Assembly: GCA_027310185.1 (NCBI GenBank)
Contig: DAIDBH010000017.1
Span: 160,996 to 224,995 of the forward strand
Origin: Thermoplasmatales archaeon
GTDB taxonomy: Archaea; Thermoplasmatota; Thermoplasmata; Thermoplasmatales; Thermoplasmataceae
DNA: 64,000 nt
Reading direction: 5' to 3'
In this document: positions 57,888-64,000 of the stretch, one piece after another
Layout of the letters: each line of letters begins with the position of its first letter
Position numbering within the stretch: position 1 is the stretch's first letter
Program-made: the position numbers and the translations under genes
Notes under the pieces: model-generated
Database searches by the model: none
The model's input: only the letters and a program-made list of their open reading frames with translations
Told to the model about the DNA's origin: nothing

Positions 57888-58412
57888 GTGCGGAAAAATA
57901 TAGTAAGAGTTGGTTTAATTCTAATTGTTCTCGGTATCATACTTGTGGTTGCTGGAATAGGTTTGACATCGGATTATCTCACTGTTAGCCATACATTTGT
58001 GAAGGATAAATATTATTATGCGTCACACGAGATTAATATTACAAGTGATGGACTGGTTGCTCTGGATGGCAATACAACATTCTATCTTGTTAATGCCAAC
58101 AATGTTTCACTTGTTAATCAGACAAATGTACAGGATTATTCAATAGCACCAACTGGACCCACTCATGATGGTTATGGAACAGAATTTCTTGTGGGTTCCG
58201 GTTCTTACTATTTGGTTTCATTCCTGGCACCCTCAACAGGACTGGTTTATTCCTATACAAGTCATTTCAGCACATTTACCGATCTCGGGATAATTCTTCT
58301 TATTGGCCTCTTCCTCATAGTTGTTTCAATTATCATGCTGGTTATTGGATTCTTACTCAAGGGGAAGAAGAAAGATACAGAGGAAGATTTTTTGAAAGAC
58401 GAAATACAGTAA
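57888..58412 (+). CDS. Membrane protein with N- and C-terminal TM anchors
   Basis: GTG start; two hydrophobic segments flanking an Asn/Thr/Tyr-rich loop; charged tail. Confidence 0.65.
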   Translation: MRKNIVRVGLILIVLGIILVVAGIGLTSDYLTVSHTFVKDKYYYASHEINITSDGLVALDGNTTFYLVNANNVSLVNQTNVQDYSIAPTGPTHDGYGTEFLVGSGSYYLVSFLAPSTGLVYSYTSHFSTFTDLGIILLIGLFLIVVSIIMLVIGFLLKGKKKDTEEDFLKDEIQ

Positions 58413-58426
58413 AATAGGTACAATTT

Positions 58427-59266
58427 ATGATTGAAATCAAAGACATAAGAAAGGTATACAAAGGTGGAAAAGTAGCTGTCGACGGAATTACCGAAACCAT
58501 GGACAAAAGAGTCACAACACTGATAGGTAGAAATGGTGCAGGAAAGACCACGCTGTTGAGAATGCTTTCAACACAGCTTTACCCTACCTCAGGGACTGCC
58601 CTAATCAATGGGCTTGATATTGTCAGTGATGCAATTAAAATTAGAAAAATAGTGGCAAGCATACCACAGGAGGCTTCTCCCCTGGGAATACTTTCACCAT
58701 ATGAACAGGTTAACATGTATCTACTGGGCAGAAAATTCAGTTTCCCTGATGCGAGGAAAGCTGCGAATGATGCCCTGGAGACAGTTGGACTCTGGGATGT
58801 TAGAAATAAGCCCTCTGATACGCTGAGCGGGGGGATGAAGAGGAAGATGTTCGTTGCACTTGCACTCGCATCAAATGCAGAACTTGTATTTTTGGATGAG
58901 CCAACAACAGGTCTTGACCCACTTTCCAGACTTGAGATATGGTCAGCCATTAAAAAACTGTCAGGCAATGTCCTGCTGACTACCCATTATATGGAAGAGG
59001 CAGAAAATCTGTCAGATGTTGTGTATCTTCAGGACAGTGGCCATATTATAGACAGGGGGACTGTAAAGAAACTGCTATCCAGGTTCTCGGGGAAGGTGAG
59101 GGTTGAATCTCAGACAGAACTTTCAGATTCATTCAAGGTAGGTGGGATTTACGTCAAATATGATGCAATTGAAAATTCTGAAACATACATACGGGAGGGC
59201 AAGACTGTGAAGAAAATCACTCTTGACGATCTGTTCATAATGAGGGGTGTTGATCTTGAATCTTAA
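58427..59266 (+). CDS. ABC-2/DrrA-type ATP-binding protein
   Basis: GRNGAGKTT, LSGGMKRK, FLDEPTTGLDP, TTHYMEEAE. Confidence 0.92.
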   Translation: MIEIKDIRKVYKGGKVAVDGITETMDKRVTTLIGRNGAGKTTLLRMLSTQLYPTSGTALINGLDIVSDAIKIRKIVASIPQEASPLGILSPYEQVNMYLLGRKFSFPDARKAANDALETVGLWDVRNKPSDTLSGGMKRKMFVALALASNAELVFLDEPTTGLDPLSRLEIWSAIKKLSGNVLLTTHYMEEAENLSDVVYLQDSGHIIDRGTVKKLLSRFSGKVRVESQTELSDSFKVGGIYVKYDAIENSETYIREGKTVKKITLDDLFIMRGVDLES

Positions 59267-60005
59267 ATTCATCTTTACCTTTGCATGGTATTATGGTGTA
59301 AAGGTAATTGTCAGGGGCCCATCCTATATCATAGCATCACTTGTAACACCACTTACGCTCCTGTTTGTTGTTTATGTACTTACTCAGGGTGCACTTGTGC
59401 AGTATGCAGTAGTCGGTGGAATGATAACGCTGATAGCATCCATAGGTCTTCAAAGTGCAGGAGATGCCACATTCATGAGACTTCAGCTGAGAATACAGGA
59501 AATGTATGTGGCCAGTGAGGTTACGCCAATAGATTATATGCTCAGTATGACCCTGAGTTTCCTGGCCTTCTCCATTCCTGGAATAATAGTTTACAGCTTC
59601 CTGGGCTCATATTATCATTTATACAACATTTTTACAGCACTTTACATGCTATTTCTTATCTTCATCCTTATTCTTTCTACATCTGCAATTTCCTTTATCA
59701 TATCAAGCCTGGTGAACCACGTCAGGAATATATGGGGAATCACTTCGATCCTTTCCATAGTAATGACTGTAATACCTCCTACATTCTATCCATACACGTA
59801 CCTTCTTGGGAAGTTCGGGCAGAACGGACTGATATATGCACTTTCACTATCACCCGCAACACCTGCAGCAGTATCTGCCCAGATATTCTTTGGCCTTGAA
59901 CCATGGAACTATTCTGAGTTCATAACAATGGTTGTAATCATGCTGGTTGAAACGGCTGTGTACTTTGCCATTGCAAAATATCTCACAAGATGGAGAGAGC
60001 ACTGA
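59247..60005 (+). CDS. ABC-2-type permease
   Basis: About six TM segments; overlaps the ATPase gene. Confidence 0.8.
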   Translation: MLILNLKFIFTFAWYYGVKVIVRGPSYIIASLVTPLTLLFVVYVLTQGALVQYAVVGGMITLIASIGLQSAGDATFMRLQLRIQEMYVASEVTPIDYMLSMTLSFLAFSIPGIIVYSFLGSYYHLYNIFTALYMLFLIFILILSTSAISFIISSLVNHVRNIWGITSILSIVMTVIPPTFYPYTYLLGKFGQNGLIYALSLSPATPAAVSAQIFFGLEPWNYSEFITMVVIMLVETAVYFAIAKYLTRWREH

Positions 60006-60123
60006 TCAGGTAATATAATACCTCACTTTTTATTCTTTCAAGAATATATTTCCTGGTTTAAGGGTCACTGATCTCCATACACATTTGGCAACAACTAAAT
60101 ATAATATAAAAATAATATTAAGT

Positions 60124-61273
60124 GAGGATTTCTAATAACCCTCGAAGAAACACCGTAACATTTATTCATGAAACACGCATGTTACAGCATGAGTGACCTG
60201 CTTGATCATGCGTTGAAGGAGAAATACAATTCAATGAAGATAAATGATCCATTAACATTCGTAAAGAATGCCATTGACTGGGATGCACTCACACCATTAT
60301 TGAGTGATCTGTACCACAATGATACAGATAATGGTGGAAGGCCAAACATACCTGTAAAGACCATGATCAAGGTACTGTTCCTGCAGAGCATGTTCAACAT
60401 GGTTGATGAACAGGCTGAAACACTTATAAAAGATAGAATTTCATTCATGAACTTTCTTGATTATCCTGATCAGTATCCAGATGCAAGAACCATATGGTTA
60501 TTCAGGGAAAGATTATCTAAGACCGGACGTGACAGGATCATATGGAATGAATTGCAGAGACAGCTTGAATCCAAGGGCATCAAAGTTAAGAAGGGATCTG
60601 CACAGGATGCAACATTCATCACATCTGATCCTGGACATGTGAAACATGAGGAAAAGAGATCAGAAGGAAAGACAAGAAGATCAAAAGATGGATCATTCAC
60701 TAAGAAAAATAACAAAACATTCTTCGGATACAAGGGTCATACAATTGTTGATGACAACATTCCTGTTCCAGTAATAAGATCCTATGCTGTATCAACAGCA
60801 AGGGATCATGACTCAACAATCGATCTTTCAAAAACAGGAATCACAGTGTACAGGGATAAGGGATATTTCGGGCATGATCCAAAGGGCATTGATGGTACCA
60901 TGGACAGATCAGTAAGGAATCACAAACTATCCATGGAATCCATACGAAGAAATCTGAGGATATCAAGGAAGAGATCACTTGTGGAATATCCATATGCGAT
61001 CATGAAGAGAATGTTTCATTTTTCACATGTCATGGTTACAACATTAAGAAGAGTGAGGGTGAAGTTCATGTTTGCATGTTTTGCTTACAATGTACATGCA
61101 TTGAAGATCGTCAACGGATAGCGTGAGCTATCAATTATTTAAGAAATTTCAGTGAAAGTAGAGGGAAAAAGAGCATAACACTGGAAGTAAAAGGTAGAAA
61201 TTGTCATATTTTCTAAGAAAATTATCAGGTTATGGTATTTCGATAGCAAATCAAGAGGAAATTAGAAAACCTC
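60124..61273 (+). mobile_element. Intact IS5-family insertion sequence
   Basis: IRs GAGGATTTCTAAT (60124-60136) and ATTAGAAAACCTC (61261-61273; one mismatch); 4-bp target duplication AAGT at 60120-60123 and 61274-61277. Confidence 0.9.
60168..61121 (+). CDS. IS5-family DDE transposase
   Basis: GGRPN..VKTMIKVLFLQ, PDARTIWLFRERL, QDATFI, FFGYKGH, YRDKGY, RSLVEYPY. Confidence 0.93.
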   Translation: MKHACYSMSDLLDHALKEKYNSMKINDPLTFVKNAIDWDALTPLLSDLYHNDTDNGGRPNIPVKTMIKVLFLQSMFNMVDEQAETLIKDRISFMNFLDYPDQYPDARTIWLFRERLSKTGRDRIIWNELQRQLESKGIKVKKGSAQDATFITSDPGHVKHEEKRSEGKTRRSKDGSFTKKNNKTFFGYKGHTIVDDNIPVPVIRSYAVSTARDHDSTIDLSKTGITVYRDKGYFGHDPKGIDGTMDRSVRNHKLSMESIRRNLRISRKRSLVEYPYAIMKRMFHFSHVMVTTLRRVRVKFMFACFAYNVHALKIVNG

Positions 61274-61275
61274 AA

Positions 61276-63663
61276 GTGAATGCAACTGTAGATAAATATT
61301 CTTTGTCACTGAATTTTTTGGATGATAATGAGTTCAGTGGAGTGTGCAATATCCACCTCAAGACTGAGGAGGAGAAATTGATACTTGACTCCAGAGAACT
61401 GGATATAGAAAAAATGCTCGTTAATGGCATCGGAGCCCCTTTTGCCTATGATGAACGAAAGAGAAAGGTGATTATAGACAAAATAAAACCCGGGGAAGTT
61501 GAACTGGAGATTTCTTATAGGAGAAAATATGGTGAAGGACTGGCTGGTTTATACAGGGCCGGGAAGGGAGTTCAGTCCATGATAACAACTCAGTTTGAAT
61601 CCAATGATGCCTCTTCTGCTTTTCCGTGCCTCGATAATCCATCTGTTAAATCGAAATTTGAAATTACCCTCGTAGTAAAGGAGGGGCAGGATGCAATTAG
61701 CAATATGCCTCAGATATCCAACAGGAAGATAGCTGATGGTTCAATGGAAATAAAATTTGATTCAACACCCCCCATGTCAACGTATCTTCTATACATCGGT
61801 GTTGGAAAATTCATTACAAGATCAAGAAACCACGGAAAATGCGAGCTTATCCTTGCAAGACCCGGGAATGAGATGAGATCTGATGACTTCCCACTCGAAG
61901 TCGCTGATAAGTGTATCACTTTCTATGAAGACTATTTTGGAATTCCATATGCTCTTCCAAAGATGCATTTGATAGCCGTTCCTGATTTTGCCGCCGGAGC
62001 AATGGAAAACTGGGGTGCCATAACATTCAGGGAAGATGTCCTGTTAAACAATGAGAATACAGATTCCGAAGGAAGAATACTGATTGCAGTTGTAATTGCT
62101 CACGAGATAGCACATCAGTGGTTCGGGAACCTTGTAACAATGAAATGGTGGAATGATCTGTGGCTGAATGAGAGTTTTGCCACATTTATGTCTTCCCTCT
62201 GCGTAAATAGGCTTTTCCCTGAATATGAAGAAGAAAAGACATATTACCTGAATGAAACGGTAGGTTCCATGGTAAGCGATGCACTCGTGAGTTCCCATCC
62301 AATTAATGTAGAGGTGAAGGAACCGGAGGATATAGAACAGGTGTTTGATGATATAAGCTATGGAAAAGGGGGAAGTATTCTCAGGATGATACATCATTAT
62401 ATGGGTGATGAAAAATTCAGGGCAGGACTTACCTCCTACCTTGAAAAATTTCAATATGGAAATGCTGAAGGAAATGATCTCTGGACTGAACTTGAAAGAA
62501 GTTCTGATTTGAAGATATCCTCAATTATGAATAACTGGATTAATCAATCAGGATTTCCAATAATAGAAGTGAATTATGACCGAAATACACTGAAACTGGA
62601 ACAGCAGCAGTTCCTCCTATCTGGTGCGAAGAGTGAAAAGTTATGGAAGATCCCTGTTTTCATCCAGACAGAAAAAGGTGAAATAAAAATCCTGATGGAA
62701 GATAAGAATATTGAAGTGGAGATCGAAGGAATTGAAAAGATAAATTTCATGGGAACCGGATACTACCAGACAAACTACGGAGATAAGATGCTGGACAGTT
62801 TGAAGGAAAAAATGGAGAAGATGGACGCAATGGATAAGGTTGAGATTGTGAGCGATAACTATTTCCAGCTGGTATCCGGTAGAATGACCATTGAAAAATT
62901 CTTTGCATCTGCACGTGAGGCGGCAAAATCTTTCTCAACACCTTCTTCTCTTCTCCTGGTTAATAACCTTGACAGATTAAATGGTATACTGTATGACAGG
63001 CATGAATTTTTAAGGTCCAGCAGTGAAATACTTCAGACAATAATTGAAAATGGATCAACCAAAAAAAGTGATTTGTCCCTGCTTGATCAGATTACCATCC
63101 AGAAGGCGAAGATTGCATATGCTAAGATAAATCACGAATTTGCAATGAAAGGGTCTGAAAAATTCAACGATTATTTCAACCTGAAACCTGATGAACGGGA
63201 GCTGGTAGCCGTGTCTAAGGCTGTAGTTTCAAGGGACCTGGCTGAAATGGTAGGCAAACTGGAGGAGGCAGAAGACGATTCCGATAGAGAAACTCTCATA
63301 ATGGCAATGGGCTGGATAAGTGGGAAGAAGAATCACAAAAAAATAATCAGGCTGCTTATACAGGGAAAGATCAAGAAACAGGATGCCCCATCTGCTGTAA
63401 TAACAATGATGAGGAACCCGGAATCAAGAAAGTATGTCTCTGGCATACTTCTTCCACTTCTTAAGAATATGAGTAAGGCCTTTGGAAATACTGGATTGCT
63501 ATCAACGGCAGCATTCATTTCAATACCCTTACTTGGCCTTCAGAATGAGAAAAAGGTCAGGAAGGTGATGTCCAAACTAAATTATAATGAGATAAGAATG
63601 GGATATGAAAAAGGATTTGAAATGCTGGAAGTTTACAAGAAATTAAGGAGTACTGTCAACTAG
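61276..63663 (+). CDS. M1-family zinc aminopeptidase (tricorn-interacting factor F2/F3-like)
   Basis: TTQFES, AFPCLD, GAMENWG, HEIAHQWFGNLVTM..W..LWLNESFAT, YGKGGSILRM. Start moved to GTG 61276 because 61201-61273 lies inside the IS. Confidence 0.92.
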   Translation: MNATVDKYSLSLNFLDDNEFSGVCNIHLKTEEEKLILDSRELDIEKMLVNGIGAPFAYDERKRKVIIDKIKPGEVELEISYRRKYGEGLAGLYRAGKGVQSMITTQFESNDASSAFPCLDNPSVKSKFEITLVVKEGQDAISNMPQISNRKIADGSMEIKFDSTPPMSTYLLYIGVGKFITRSRNHGKCELILARPGNEMRSDDFPLEVADKCITFYEDYFGIPYALPKMHLIAVPDFAAGAMENWGAITFREDVLLNNENTDSEGRILIAVVIAHEIAHQWFGNLVTMKWWNDLWLNESFATFMSSLCVNRLFPEYEEEKTYYLNETVGSMVSDALVSSHPINVEVKEPEDIEQVFDDISYGKGGSILRMIHHYMGDEKFRAGLTSYLEKFQYGNAEGNDLWTELERSSDLKISSIMNNWINQSGFPIIEVNYDRNTLKLEQQQFLLSGAKSEKLWKIPVFIQTEKGEIKILMEDKNIEVEIEGIEKINFMGTGYYQTNYGDKMLDSLKEKMEKMDAMDKVEIVSDNYFQLVSGRMTIEKFFASAREAAKSFSTPSSLLLVNNLDRLNGILYDRHEFLRSSSEILQTIIENGSTKKSDLSLLDQITIQKAKIAYAKINHEFAMKGSEKFNDYFNLKPDERELVAVSKAVVSRDLAEMVGKLEEAEDDSDRETLIMAMGWISGKKNHKKIIRLLIQGKIKKQDAPSAVITMMRNPESRKYVSGILLPLLKNMSKAFGNTGLLSTAAFISIPLLGLQNEKKVRKVMSKLNYNEIRMGYEKGFEMLEVYKKLRSTVN

Positions 63664-64000
63664 GCTTTCCTTAACACAGAAATGAACTCGTCCATATTTC
63701 TGCATATAAAGTCAGGATTGTGCTCCCTCAGAATTTCTTCTATTCCACTTCCCCACGTTGCCCCTACACTTCTTATTCCTGCAGCTCTTGCAGCGATGAT
63801 ATCATAGGGCTGATCACCCACATATATGGTGTTTTCCCTGCTAGCACCTATTTTTTCTATGCATCTGTTTATTGGATCAGGCTCGGGTTTATGGTATACC
63901 GTGTCTTCCTGGCCTACAACTGCATTAAAATAATCTATCAGGCCAGTCATTGTTAACAATAGATATGCTGTATCACGGTGACTTGACGTTACCACTGCCA
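63660..64000 (-). CDS. HAD-superfamily hydrolase (phosphoglycolate phosphatase-like), 5' end outside the window
   Basis: HKPEPDPI, YVGDQPYDI..ARAAG, GATWG; the frame stays open to the window edge. Confidence 0.85.
   Translation of the reverse strand, partial: AVVTSSHRDTAYLLLTMTGLIDYFNAVVGQEDTVYHKPEPDPINRCIEKIGASRENTIYVGDQPYDIIAARAAGIRSVGATWGSGIEEILREHNPDFICRNMDEFISVLRKA

Noticed and set aside
61201-61275. ORF-track N-terminus of the aminopeptidase (MSYFLRK...)
   Set aside because: It lies inside the IS5 right end (IR at 61261-61273, TSD at 61274-61277), so it is not native coding sequence.
2101-63956. The many 60-170 aa ORFs antisense to or nested in longer genes (e.g. 9142-9648, 14616-15047, 30287-30853, 48201-48680)
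   Set aside because: They are shadow frames of well-supported genes, with no motifs, SD or promoter support.

Overview
This 64-kb window is from an archaeal chromosome, most likely an acidophilic member of the Thermoplasmatales. That is an inference from Dph2, an e-MtaB-type methylthiotransferase, archaeal-type tRNAs with TATA-like boxes, a tricorn-factor-like M1 aminopeptidase, a bacterial-type CoaA and the IS types. It is mostly housekeeping and transport genes (prs, kptA, udg, thiolase, coaA, fumC/aspA, hutI, dph2, several ABC and MFS transporters) with accessory patches in between. It holds two intact insertion sequences whose inverted repeats and target duplications can be read in the sequence (IS1634-like 5931-7447, IS5 60124-61273), one IS remnant, tRNA-Pro(TGG) and tRNA-Ser(GGA). 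No CRISPR array or rRNA was seen. The strongest leads are: (1) an orphan LanD/MrsD-type flavoprotein that lacks the CoaC catalytic Cys, pointing to possible archaeal RiPP (AviCys) chemistry; (2) a convergent pair of paralogous membrane proteins sharing Met/Glu intramembrane motifs, one fused to a NapH/FixG-like polyferredoxin, a possible metal reductase/importer; (3) a secreted glycine-zipper protein coupled to a small membrane protein, a candidate archaeocin/immunity pair; (4) a single-cysteine SQR-like enzyme facing a DsrE-FmdE-ArsR operon with a 10-4-10 operator; (5) a bacterial-style aerobic methionine-salvage operon mtnB-mtnD-mtnC; (6) an IS5 inserted exactly on the start codon of the aminopeptidase gene. 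All calls come from reading motifs by eye; no database search was run.
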